Part shown: piece by piece, positions 1 to 8,804 of the stretch
How the letters are laid out: each line of letters starts with the position of its first letter
Position numbering within the stretch: position 1 is the first letter of the stretch
IMG/VR virus record: IMGVR_UViG_3300010354_000044
Location: 107,985 to 171,984 of that record
DNA from: a virus
DNA: 64,000 bases
Strand: one strand, 5' to 3'
Program-made: the position numbers and the translations under genes
Notes under the pieces: generated by a model
Seen by the model: the letters and a program-made list of their open reading frames with translations, nothing else
The model's database searches: none
Told to the model about the DNA's origin: nothing

Positions 1-121
1 TACTTCTGTGGCTGATAGGAGTCTTAACAGCAAAGGCTTTCGGTCTTTGATCTGACCAGTTTCTAAACACTCCAGCTCTTAGGCAGCTCGCGCCCGTGGT
101 TCCTTAATTTAACAAAAAGTC

Positions 122-289
122 ATGCTAAAAGGAGCTATCATCGCTTTTGGTGTCCTGCTTCTATTGGCAGCTCTCACAGGCCTCGCACTAATGATCATCC
201 ATCTGTTTGGTTTAGTAGGAATTCAGGTTCCTTTTTTATTTGGCCTGTGGCTAGCCGTTATTTTCCTAATATGCCTAGCCTCCATTTAA
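122..289 (+). CDS. small hydrophobic membrane protein (55 aa)
   Basis: Hand-translated ATG122-TAA289, MLKGAIIAFGVLLLLAALTGLALMII...; two hydrophobic stretches; below the ORF-track cutoff. Confidence 0.65.
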   Translation: MLKGAIIAFGVLLLLAALTGLALMIIHLFGLVGIQVPFLFGLWLAVIFLICLASI

Positions 290-305
290 CTTACGGAGAC
301 AAATT

Positions 306-647
306 ATGACACTACACGAACTCGACATTAAATCACAGGTAAGTCGGCAGGTCGTTAAACAGGAACTTGCCGAATCATTTACCCGTAAACCACCCTTTCC
401 AGTATTGCAAATAGAGAATGATGTGGCCAAGTTTATACAACTAGTAAATCACTGCCTTTATGTAGGCGATAAGGACTTGCTGCTGACCTGGGGAATTAAC
501 CCTATCAAAGAAAATCCGGGGTTACTTGGCTCTAACGATTTTGGGCTGTATAAAGAGACGTTTGAAAATCTTTATGAAAAAGCCCAGATAGAGCTAGAAA
601 AGCAATGCTTCCTTGAGCTTGTGCAGCTGTTCTCTTCCTTTACTTAA
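306..647 (+). CDS. hypothetical protein
   Basis: 113-aa ORF, GGAG RBS upstream, tandem gene packing. Confidence 0.7.
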   Translation: MTLHELDIKSQVSRQVVKQELAESFTRKPPFPVLQIENDVAKFIQLVNHCLYVGDKDLLLTWGINPIKENPGLLGSNDFGLYKETFENLYEKAQIELEKQCFLELVQLFSSFT

Positions 648-655
648 TAAATCAA

Positions 656-1312
656 ATGAAAATATTTGAATCCTTAGTTAAACTCAGCAACTCCTGGGAT
701 GCCGATTTGGCTCAGAAGTTAGCTCTGCTTTACCTAGAAAGCCCCTGCCGCGCCGCTGAGCTGCATGAGATCGGGGTCAGCGATAGTTTGACCATATGGC
801 TTCATTCTCAGGTTACCTACGACCGCGGCGCGTGGGTAGACAAAAAGACTGGGTGTCGGTGCGCTGCTGTAAAAGATAATCATGATTATGATCTTTCCCT
901 GCTAACTCAGCAGGCTGAAAATGGTTTACTGCATATAGCCAGTAGTGATATCGCAGGGGGCAGTCCTCTATGGTCATTGTCAACAAACGACATATCTCGT
1001 TTCATTTGTGTGCTCGGGCATATTAGGTATGGCATAGGGTTCAGCACCTCTGAAAAGTGCCTCCTATCTATCCTTATGGCGTCCGATTATCGGCAATGGG
1101 TTGCTGAAGACCGAACATGGGGTGGACACTGGGAACCCAAGCAAAGAAACTATGGCGCCCAGGCCCTATTGTCTGAGATTGGGCTGCAGGCTGTTACTTT
1201 AGATTGGCTAGGGAGGCCTGAGAAGAGCCGGGAGCATCCGAGGACCAAAGAAATGATGGTCTACTCCCACAAAGTTGTCCTTCCCGAAGCACTACCAACA
1301 GGACTCCTCTAA
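656..1312 (+). CDS. hypothetical protein
   Basis: 218-aa ORF in tandem array. Confidence 0.75.
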   Translation: MKIFESLVKLSNSWDADLAQKLALLYLESPCRAAELHEIGVSDSLTIWLHSQVTYDRGAWVDKKTGCRCAAVKDNHDYDLSLLTQQAENGLLHIASSDIAGGSPLWSLSTNDISRFICVLGHIRYGIGFSTSEKCLLSILMASDYRQWVAEDRTWGGHWEPKQRNYGAQALLSEIGLQAVTLDWLGRPEKSREHPRTKEMMVYSHKVVLPEALPTGLL

Positions 1313-1387
1313 TACTTTAAGACATCATGTTCAAAAAGCTAATCATACTTATTCTCCTGTTCATCGCCCTTTTAACAGACACTTCCA

Positions 1388-1726
1388 ATGGAAAATAATG
1401 AAAGCGTGGTAGAGCTAATGGAAATATACGGGGGCTTGTCCAAGCTGCGACCGATTCTTAAAGACGTTCCGCCTGAAAAGTGGGAAGGTCTGATAGAAGC
1501 AGCCCGGTATACAATAGAACTTCGCAAAGAGCTAGAAGAAAGTTCCATTCCTCATGAGGAATGGGGAGGCGCTATAGAGGCTTGCAAGATCCTTCTAGAT
1601 CTAAAACGTTCTTACAAGGGCGGAAGTCTAGTTGAGGCCCTTAGCCGTAATCGCAGCCGGATAGCTAACTTAGATACACAATACCAAGCTTGGCTTCTAA
1701 GAAACGTTACTATGCTGATTGATTGA
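1388..1726 (+). CDS. hypothetical protein with internal repeat (VPPEKWEGLIEA / IPHEEWGGAIEA)
   Basis: 112-aa ORF; duplicated helical motif. Confidence 0.7.
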   Translation: MENNESVVELMEIYGGLSKLRPILKDVPPEKWEGLIEAARYTIELRKELEESSIPHEEWGGAIEACKILLDLKRSYKGGSLVEALSRNRSRIANLDTQYQAWLLRNVTMLID

Positions 1727-1839
1727 GCTCAATCGTTTTCAGAAGTTAATTGTAGGAGAATCAATTTAAAAGTTTTAAAGAATAGTTGTCTTTTTTAACT
1801 TACGTGTGTTAAGGTAGAAAGACCTTACTCTAGATAGCC

Positions 1840-2310
1840 GTGTACAAACAAAAACGTAAGCCCAAGAAGAGAGAAGTTGGTCGGCACAGCCCCGGCGCTC
1901 AGTCTCGGCTGGATAAGTTTGTACAGACCCATAGAGCAGAGAAGGAAGCTAATCCTCTGCCCTTGGATTTCTACCGCCCTATTTATCTCCCCAATAACTT
2001 CTGGGAGACTCTACGCAGCTACGGCAATCTGTACGTGTACGCACGTATGCTAGATAAAAAGGGCGCAGGGGTTGTTACCTTTAATACGGACTTTGCAGCG
2101 GGCGAGCTCTACATGATGCCCCGGACGTGCAAAGATTATATCCGCACCTGCCTGCGGAAAGGTTTGTTTAGGCATATAGAGTGGTTAGACAAAACGACCG
2201 TCAAGGTCTATTACAACTCTATGCCTAAGCTAATGTTGGGCTTAGAAGCAGAGTCCAACACTGAGATTCTCTTGGAGAGTCCGGAGGACATCCTGAGAAA
2301 AAAGTCCTGA
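1840..2310 (+). CDS. N-terminal part (0 frame) of a frameshifted winged-helix DNA-binding / putative replication initiator protein
   Basis: 156-aa basic ORF ending at A_AAA_AAG slippery site; HTH-like segment FAAGELYMMPRTCKDYIRTCLRKGLF. Confidence 0.65.
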   Translation: MYKQKRKPKKREVGRHSPGAQSRLDKFVQTHRAEKEANPLPLDFYRPIYLPNNFWETLRSYGNLYVYARMLDKKGAGVVTFNTDFAAGELYMMPRTCKDYIRTCLRKGLFRHIEWLDKTTVKVYYNSMPKLMLGLEAESNTEILLESPEDILRKKS

Positions 2311-2335
2311 TTCCTGAGGATAGTGTCCTCAGGAA
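2283..2335 (+). promoter_or_regulatory. programmed -1 ribosomal frameshift cassette (internal SD + A_AAA_AAG + hairpin)
   Basis: GGAGG 2283-2287; AAAAAAG 2298-2304; perfect 10-bp stem TTCCTGAGGA/TCCTCAGGAA 2311-2335; -1 frame open through to 2972. Confidence 0.8.
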
Positions 2336-2972
2336 GCAGGAACAGAGTCAGTTTCGCGCTCAGCAGGAGCTGCGCACTAAGCTGCAGCAAAAGCTGAAAG
2401 ACGAACTAAACGTAAGAAAGTTAGGTGCTGAAGGAGAAGAGCATGTAGAAAAAGAGTTTAAGGACCAAATGCTCACGCTTGCCGACTTCTTTAGAAAACC
2501 CTCTGTTAATGCCGGGGGCACTGTTTTGAAGAGGAAAAGTAAACGCCGAAAACGGCGGAATAAAGCTCTTATTTATCGCGGCAAGCGGTTCACGTTGGCG
2601 CATCCAGACGCCCCTCTGTTTGGAGCTACCCAGAAGGCGATCGGCTTAGAGATAGGCCGGGCCCGCAAGACTGTATCCCGACGGCTATCTAATAGCTATC
2701 GGGAGAAAGTGGCAAAGAAATATAAGATCACTATCAAACCCCTTCAGCGCACCCAGGTGTTAATCCATTTGGGTGATGCCGCTGCTGCAGAACAGGCCCA
2801 GCGAGAGTCGCTTGAGCGCCTCCCGATTGCGGTCTACAACGATAAATCTTATATTTGCCGGCCTAACGTCTACAAGGGGACAGCAGAGACACCAAGAAGC
2901 CAACGGCGGGTGCGTCAGCACCTTCGCCAACTTGAAGCTAAGCTACAAAAGCGTAGCTCCGATGATGCTTGA
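2304..2972 (+). CDS. C-terminal part (-1 frame) of the frameshifted DNA-binding protein, second HTH
   Basis: Frame of track ORF 2469..2972 is open upstream across the slippery site; HTH-like GATQKAIGLEIGRARKTVSRRL. Confidence 0.65.
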   Translation, partial: VLIPEDSVLRKQEQSQFRAQQELRTKLQQKLKDELNVRKLGAEGEEHVEKEFKDQMLTLADFFRKPSVNAGGTVLKRKSKRRKRRNKALIYRGKRFTLAHPDAPLFGATQKAIGLEIGRARKTVSRRLSNSYREKVAKKYKITIKPLQRTQVLIHLGDAAAAEQAQRESLERLPIAVYNDKSYICRPNVYKGTAETPRSQRRVRQHLRQLEAKLQKRSSDDA

Positions 2973-3012
2973 TTTTATCAAGCGTTGCTTCTTGGGTTTG
3001 GTTGCTTCAACA

Positions 3013-3316
3013 CTAGCGCCCCTCCGCTAGGTTGTAGCAGCGAAGCGAAAAATTTATTGAAATAATATTTTCTTCGCTTCGCTGCTGGATTTTCAGCTCC
3101 GCCAGTTTTTTTTGGTGAGCTGCCCCGTGAAAAATTTTTTTATTATTTTTTTTTTGCGGGGCATGAAAGGGGGGTTATTCTTACACAAGGAAAAAGCTAG
3201 GGTATCCTTAGCTTGATTTTTAGTGTAAAGTTATTTTTTATATTAATTTCGGGAATTAAGGGATTAAAGTTAAACCTATAGTTTTTGATAGGGGCTGCGC
3301 CCCTATCTTTTTTTTT
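3013..3316. repeat. AT-rich non-coding cluster of inverted repeats (putative replication origin or structured RNA)
   Basis: IRs at 3013-3030, 3036-3086 (14-bp perfect arms), 3121-3163, 3181-3228, 3287-3307; poly-T/A tracts. Confidence 0.6.
3287..3316 (+). terminator. rho-independent terminator
   Basis: GATAGGGGC-TGC-GCCCCTATC followed by T9. Confidence 0.7.
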
Positions 3317-3370
3317 GATTAACTTTCTAAATGTCCTTTAGAAGTTTGTATGGGTACAAACTGAATCAAC

Positions 3371-3769
3371 ATGTTCTATTCCTTTGAGTTATTCGGACCG
3401 CGCTTGCGCGCGTACGAGCAGAAATTAGCTGAGCTATCGCTGTATGACCCCCCAAGCCCCCCTTCCCCCCAAACCTCGGCAGAAGGACTTAGCGATACAT
3501 CGCCCTTCCAGGAGGCTATTGATGCAGGATTAGCTATGCTAGACTGTATAAAACCAGCATCTACCGAAACCTACGGCCAACACTTTCTAAGCGTTGTCAA
3601 GCTAATAGTAAGAGCGCAGCAATACCCGCTGGCTTTACAACTCATTACAGATTACCGTTGCCCCGCTAAGTACATCTCGGGCGAACTAAAGACTTTAAAG
3701 GAAGCTATCAACACATGTCTTACTTCACCGGCTACAGACAACGACTGCAGCTCAACCATCAGAACTTAG
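3371..3769 (+). CDS. hypothetical protein
   Basis: 132-aa ORF. Confidence 0.65.
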   Translation: MFYSFELFGPRLRAYEQKLAELSLYDPPSPPSPQTSAEGLSDTSPFQEAIDAGLAMLDCIKPASTETYGQHFLSVVKLIVRAQQYPLALQLITDYRCPAKYISGELKTLKEAINTCLTSPATDNDCSSTIRT

Positions 3770-4236
3770 TAGAGCTCGCGTTGCAGTTAACCCAGGAAGG
3801 CCTTCGGGTGCAGTATTATCTCCCTTCTGGTAGGACTCTCTTAAGCTCTCTGCGCGTCATTGACGGCGAGGAGTATCAACATCGGGTATCCAAAGAAGGA
3901 CATTACTACTGGTATAAGATCTTCGTCAATGCCGTGCGTATTCAATTCAACACAGTCCCATACCGGTGGACATTTGAATACGATACGATCCCAGACTACC
4001 AGCACGGCTCTAGCACTACCGGGAAAGAATTTATCGTAAATCCTTTATGTGGGGGCCGTCCTGGGTATGCCGACTGGAATAGGTTACCCTTTAGCGTGCA
4101 AGACGTTAAGGACAATCTCCGGCCCTTCTACCTGCGTAATATCGGTGATCGCCAGCCTGGAATCCTTGATTATGTAGACCTTGTTCCACAAATGCCCGTA
4201 AACTTTAATGAAATCAAAGGAAGCTATGATGTGTAG
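3715..4236 (+). CDS. hypothetical protein
   Basis: 173-aa ORF. Confidence 0.7.
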   Translation: MSYFTGYRQRLQLNHQNLVELALQLTQEGLRVQYYLPSGRTLLSSLRVIDGEEYQHRVSKEGHYYWYKIFVNAVRIQFNTVPYRWTFEYDTIPDYQHGSSTTGKEFIVNPLCGGRPGYADWNRLPFSVQDVKDNLRPFYLRNIGDRQPGILDYVDLVPQMPVNFNEIKGSYDV

Positions 4237-4237
4237 A

Positions 4238-4414
4238 ATGACTAAAAGGCAACTACGAAAGATCAACCTATATTACTGTGTTTCTGCATCTCTTGTAATC
4301 TTACTTGCATTACTCTTGCAGTCTCCAATATCTAACCCGCTGACTCCCTTCCTAATTTCAGCAGTCTTTGTAGTTGGCATTTGGCTCTGGTTCATGAACC
4401 TGTTTGTCCGCTAA
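4238..4414 (+). CDS. small two-TM membrane protein, paralog 1
   Basis: MTKRQLRKINLYY...GIWLWFMNL; start placed by homology with the two neighbours. Confidence 0.75.
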   Translation: MTKRQLRKINLYYCVSASLVILLALLLQSPISNPLTPFLISAVFVVGIWLWFMNLFVR

Positions 4415-4452
4415 CTTTCTAAACCCTACCCCGAGGAAAATAACAATATACA

Positions 4453-4623
4453 ATGCCTAAAAAACAAGTACGCGCATTCAATAACTATTACCTCGCTTTT
4501 GCAACTCCCGTGCTTTTACTCGGGCTGCTTCTGCAGTCCGCAATAGGATTTAATGCCGTAACCGTTATCGTAACCATGGCAGTCGCCATAATAGGCGTTT
4601 GGCTATTGCTCAAAAATTTGTAG
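4453..4623 (+). CDS. small two-TM membrane protein, paralog 2 (56 aa)
   Basis: Hand-translated MPKKQVRAFNNYY...IGVWLLLKNL; not in ORF track. Confidence 0.75.
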   Translation: MPKKQVRAFNNYYLAFATPVLLLGLLLQSAIGFNAVTVIVTMAVAIIGVWLLLKNL

Positions 4624-4674
4624 AGTCAGCGTCGGAAGGATGTCACTAATTTAGAAGCGCTTAAAGGTAACAAA

Positions 4675-4854
4675 GTGAATAGAAAACAACTACGGACAAT
4701 CACACAATATTACATCTTCTTTGCAGGGCCTGTAATTAGCTTCTCAGCACTGCGGTACGTACTAGCAGGCCCTGATTTAAGCTTTATCGTCATACCCTTG
4801 TTAGTGATTCTAATAGGCCTTTGGGTCTTGTTTCTAAACCTAAAAGCTCGCTAA
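4675..4854 (+). CDS. small two-TM membrane protein, paralog 3 (59 aa)
   Basis: Hand-translated from GTG: MNRKQLRTITQYY...IGLWVLFLNLKAR; not in ORF track. Confidence 0.75.
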   Translation: MNRKQLRTITQYYIFFAGPVISFSALRYVLAGPDLSFIVIPLLVILIGLWVLFLNLKAR

Positions 4855-4881
4855 TTGTCTAAACCCTACCCCAAGGAAAAT

Positions 4882-7077
4882 ATGGCTACCATCAACCTGC
4901 TACCTAATTACCTTTACCTCGCGTCAGGGCCCTCGGCGTCGGGTAAGAGCACAGCACTTAAGGGCCTGCCTGCAGGGGTAGTGGTGTCCTCAGACAGCTT
5001 GAGAACCCAAATATTCGGTCTTGAAGCTGATACTGTAGAGGGTAACCTACTAGCCCCTCCTAGCCTAAGACCCCGCCCTGTCAACGATAGCTTTATCTTT
5101 GACACCATGAGACAGATCGTGGAGGCCCGTCTTAAAGCAGGACTGACAACAGTCGTAGACGCAACTTTGTTAACCGACCGTGACCGCAAGCAGTTCGTGG
5201 ATATAGCTGCTAGCTACAACGTCCCTGTTCAGATTTTGATCTGGGATGTTCCCGCCGAGCAGCTGACTACTAGAGATGCAGATCGTCAGTTCCGGGTAGG
5301 GGCTGAGGTTATCCAGCGACAACTGGAGCGCTTTGAGCGTACATCCCAGTACTCCTATATTGTAGACGACTACTTTGAGCTTGAAATAGCTCACCTAACA
5401 GTAGCTAGTAGCGTAGAACTGGATTTCGTGGGTGACATCCACGGCTGCTACGACCAGTTAATAGAACTGATTGAAAAGCTAGGCTATGTTATTGGCGAGG
5501 ACGGTATTGCTAGGTATGCTGGTAATGAGCCCCGGCGTCTGTGCTTTTTGGGCGACTATGTAGACCGAGGGCCCAAGTCCTTAGAGGTACTCAAATTCAT
5601 TTACCGGAATACGCCTACGCATTGGGCGTTGCTGGGGAACCATGATAGTAACCTTCTCAAGGGGTTGCTAGGAAAACCCGTAACCTCCAAGGCCACACAG
5701 GAGACCCTCCATGAAGTGATGGTCGCCAAGGCGGAGAAGTGGGTTACAGAGCTACTGACCTCACTGCCTCGTTATCTAACCTGGCGGAATGTCGTTATTT
5801 GCCATGCCGACATCCAGAGGCTTAACTTACCTCAGGAGACAACTCAGTGCGTTTACGGTTGTAGTAAACTGAACAGGCCTATAAACGCCGATGAAATCTG
5901 GAGTAAGACTGAGAAGCGCCTGCTTATCCGCGGTCACTTTACTCCTGACCACGAGTACGATAACGTCATTACCCTGGACGGTAATCCGGGCTATGGCGGT
6001 ACTATTAAAGCAGGGCGTTTTGCTGTTGCTCAAGTTGCGGGTCGGAAGCATGATAACTTCTTAATCCAGCAATGGATTGAATTCTCATTAGGGCCTACGG
6101 AAGATTATGAAGAACGCAAGAAGACTGTAATAGGTTTTCGCCTTGCCGCTATGCCAAAAGAGTTGGTTAGCACGGCTACATCGCCTTGCGGCCACCTCAA
6201 GCTGTTTAAATACACGCCTAATGCCTTTAGACAGTCCTTTAAATCTGAAGGGCCTTGGCTGGAGTACCCTGACCTTAAGTACGCCCGAGGCCTTGTCGTA
6301 GGCCTTAACCACCAACCGGTGAACACGGTCTTTCCTAAAATTCCTAGTTACACCGAAGGAATTGATCCGAGCAAGCAGGTGATTGCCGCGACAAAGTTGA
6401 ACGGCTTTCTCCTAGCTACATTCAGACATCCTTACAAAGAGGATGTGGTCTTCACTACTACCGGGTCGTTTGACTCTGAGTACGTAAAGATGGGCCGTGC
6501 ATTGTTCTACAAGCACGCAAAACAGTCTCGGCAGCAGCTCCTAAACAGCCCGGGATTGACATTCTTGTGGGAGGTTATAGACCCTAATAAAGACCAAAAT
6601 GTCCACCCTATTGCCTCGTCCGCAGGCATCTACCTAATTGCTGTAGGGCAAAATGGGGTAATCCTCCCCGAGGAGGAGATGCAAAGCTACGCCGGCAACT
6701 TGAATGTCAACTGTGCCAGTCATGTACAGACTGACTTCGGGTCAGTCCTAGAAATGGCCCGCACCAGCGACGGCGAGGGCTATATGATTAGGGACTTGGA
6801 AGGTAACTACCTTGCAAAGCTCAAATCACCGTTTTACCTGACTGTCAAGAAGTTTATGCGTCTATCGCCAAAGGCGGGCGCACAGCTCTTTAACGACCCT
6901 ATTAATTTCAACTTTGAGTATATTTGGCAGCAGTGCATGGACAACCCTTATGCCAACGACCTTTATACCCGGCAGACAGCTATCGCCGAAGCTATCCGAA
7001 CACACTTTTCCTGTGAAACTTGGCAACAAGCAGATAGTTTAACCCGTAGAGAATTTCTCTATCGCATGTTAAGCTAA
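4882..7077 (+). CDS. trifunctional RNA repair enzyme: polynucleotide kinase + metallophosphoesterase + Rnl1-like RNA ligase
   Basis: P-loop GPSASGKST and DAT; MPP motifs GDIHG, GDYVDRG, GNHD; ligase motif I KLNG, EGY, KLK; AAGG upstream of ATG4882. Confidence 0.88.
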   Translation: MATINLLPNYLYLASGPSASGKSTALKGLPAGVVVSSDSLRTQIFGLEADTVEGNLLAPPSLRPRPVNDSFIFDTMRQIVEARLKAGLTTVVDATLLTDRDRKQFVDIAASYNVPVQILIWDVPAEQLTTRDADRQFRVGAEVIQRQLERFERTSQYSYIVDDYFELEIAHLTVASSVELDFVGDIHGCYDQLIELIEKLGYVIGEDGIARYAGNEPRRLCFLGDYVDRGPKSLEVLKFIYRNTPTHWALLGNHDSNLLKGLLGKPVTSKATQETLHEVMVAKAEKWVTELLTSLPRYLTWRNVVICHADIQRLNLPQETTQCVYGCSKLNRPINADEIWSKTEKRLLIRGHFTPDHEYDNVITLDGNPGYGGTIKAGRFAVAQVAGRKHDNFLIQQWIEFSLGPTEDYEERKKTVIGFRLAAMPKELVSTATSPCGHLKLFKYTPNAFRQSFKSEGPWLEYPDLKYARGLVVGLNHQPVNTVFPKIPSYTEGIDPSKQVIAATKLNGFLLATFRHPYKEDVVFTTTGSFDSEYVKMGRALFYKHAKQSRQQLLNSPGLTFLWEVIDPNKDQNVHPIASSAGIYLIAVGQNGVILPEEEMQSYAGNLNVNCASHVQTDFGSVLEMARTSDGEGYMIRDLEGNYLAKLKSPFYLTVKKFMRLSPKAGAQLFNDPINFNFEYIWQQCMDNPYANDLYTRQTAIAEAIRTHFSCETWQQADSLTRREFLYRMLS

Positions 7078-7147
7078 TAGTGTGGAGTTGTGGACAGATC
7101 CAAGGGGTGGGGCAACTCACCCTTTTTCTTATTATTTTTTAGCAGCC

Positions 7148-7915
7148 ATGACATTTCTAGATTATGTCGTCCCCACAACCGACTCTTTATGGGTTGTAGT
7201 TGACTGGGACCGTTATGGTGTCCCCCATGTCTATGGGGTACAAAATTACTTCGTAGCCCAAGAGTTAAGGGGTCTCCTTTATAGCAGTAACTTGGCTGCG
7301 GCTGCCCAGTATCAAACGCTGACAAGAAGCCAAACACCAGGCCCAGTATACGAACCCGAGACTTATATATTGCCTACCTTAAGTCTCGGGTTATTGAAAG
7401 CTACTAGTGACTATTCTGATCAGATAGATACTATTATCTGTGAGTCCCGAATACAGCCCCGGGTTACCGCAGCCTTCACGCAAGATCTAAATCGCCAGTG
7501 CGTAACGTTTCAGCGTAGTTTTGCACCTTTACAGGCTGCAATTGAAGAAGCAAGGTCTGGTTTAACTTACACGCTACACCAGGAAGGGACTGGAGTGGAT
7601 AGGCATTTCCAAGTCTTGGATATGAGTAGGAGGAATGCTTATATGCTAGAAGCTCTAGTGAACCATAATGTTTCTTTTTTACAGAAACAGGAATTAGAGG
7701 AGCTTAGTTGCCTGCCTGAATTATTAGTCTTAGCCTGCGCGTCTAAATTCCAGGAAGCTAAAACCCTTTTGGGCTTTATCTATGGACCCAACGTCCGCTG
7801 GCCTGATGGCGAGACAGACATAGTTAAAGCATACCCAGTAGGTACCCACTTTTCTGTAGTGACAAAACCCGGGCTGCAGATTTACACCTCGCCGGGGGAT
7901 CTTCTTCAACTTTAG
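7148..7915 (+). CDS. hypothetical protein
   Basis: Long ORF (track 7082..7915); ATG7148 is the likely start. Confidence 0.7.
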   Translation: MTFLDYVVPTTDSLWVVVDWDRYGVPHVYGVQNYFVAQELRGLLYSSNLAAAAQYQTLTRSQTPGPVYEPETYILPTLSLGLLKATSDYSDQIDTIICESRIQPRVTAAFTQDLNRQCVTFQRSFAPLQAAIEEARSGLTYTLHQEGTGVDRHFQVLDMSRRNAYMLEALVNHNVSFLQKQELEELSCLPELLVLACASKFQEAKTLLGFIYGPNVRWPDGETDIVKAYPVGTHFSVVTKPGLQIYTSPGDLLQL

Positions 7916-7928
7916 TATCGTACAAGGT

Positions 7929-8162
7929 TTGAGTATGACCTATGTATTTCGCCTGAAAGGCTCTTCGTACTTGTGTCACCCCGACACTGGGGAGTTATGT
8001 CAATTCCGGTCTGAGCTAGAGGCCTATGCCTACGCTGAGAGCCGCGGCATAGAGGGGGAAGCTATAAGGCTGAGTCAGAGTAGCTATAAGCACCAAAAGC
8101 CCTGCGTCAACATGACGTACATGGAAGCTATCCCAGTTCATATCGTCAATAGGGTAATTTAG
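7929..8162 (+). CDS. hypothetical protein
   Basis: 77-aa ORF in tandem array. Confidence 0.6.
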   Translation: MSMTYVFRLKGSSYLCHPDTGELCQFRSELEAYAYAESRGIEGEAIRLSQSSYKHQKPCVNMTYMEAIPVHIVNRVI

Positions 8163-8165
8163 CCT

Positions 8166-8348
8166 ATGAATAAAAATACAACCCCGATGGGAGAAGGGGG
8201 AGACCCTGAAGATAAAAGGGTAGAGCTTGATGTTTTCTTTACTCCGGAACAAAAGAGAAAGCTAGAAGAGATAGCTAAAGCTACCGGGCTTGAGACATGG
8301 GAAGTCGCCCATAAAATGCTTGAGTTAAATATGAACGATAGAAATTAG
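8166..8348 (+). CDS. small ribbon-helix-helix-like DNA-binding protein
   Basis: VELDVFFTPEQKRKLEEIAKATGLETWEV fits the CopG/Arc strand-helix-G-helix pattern. Confidence 0.5.
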   Translation: MNKNTTPMGEGGDPEDKRVELDVFFTPEQKRKLEEIAKATGLETWEVAHKMLELNMNDRN

Positions 8349-8357
8349 GAGGTAACG

Positions 8358-8804
8358 ATGAAGCTTGACTTAATTCAACGAGGACAATTTAGAGTACAAG
8401 AATGGAAGAAGGGGGTAGATAACGTAGTTTGCTTTGACTACATGGGTAGTTCAGAGTTTGAGGGTGAAGCATTAGGCGCTAGCCTCAAAACTATCAGGGA
8501 TAATATAGAAGCTTACAATCTTACAATCCAACAAGTTTCTGCTTATGGAAAGCAGATTAGTTACTTCCTATTCGCTCCAAAAGCGAATGAAGGAGAAATT
8601 GTTGAGGGTATCAAGCAAATAGCTTTGGATAAAGTGCATTTGAAAGAAGTAGCCTATTTTGATGCAGCCTGTGGGAATATTACTTGGCTTACTCCAAGAA
8701 ACCTACCGAACTTGTGGTGGGATATTAAGAACCATTTTATATGGTGGTTACCCCATGAGCTGCAGGATGAATTTATGGCCGCGCTAAGGAACGGTGGGGC
8801 ATGA
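8358..8804 (+). CDS. hypothetical phage protein (FDYMGSSEFE motif)
   Basis: 148-aa ORF, AGGAGG RBS. Confidence 0.8.
   Translation: MKLDLIQRGQFRVQEWKKGVDNVVCFDYMGSSEFEGEALGASLKTIRDNIEAYNLTIQQVSAYGKQISYFLFAPKANEGEIVEGIKQIALDKVHLKEVAYFDAACGNITWLTPRNLPNLWWDIKNHFIWWLPHELQDEFMAALRNGGA

Noticed and set aside
2773-3030. 85-aa ORF overlapping the frameshifted gene
   Set aside because: Mostly nested in another frame of a better-supported CDS and has no RBS. Its last ~26 codons could be a small peptide, but this is unsupported.
4914-6326. Minus-strand ORFs inside Pnkp (and similar antisense ORFs throughout the window)
   Set aside because: Shadow ORFs opposite motif-bearing genes, with no recognisable motifs.
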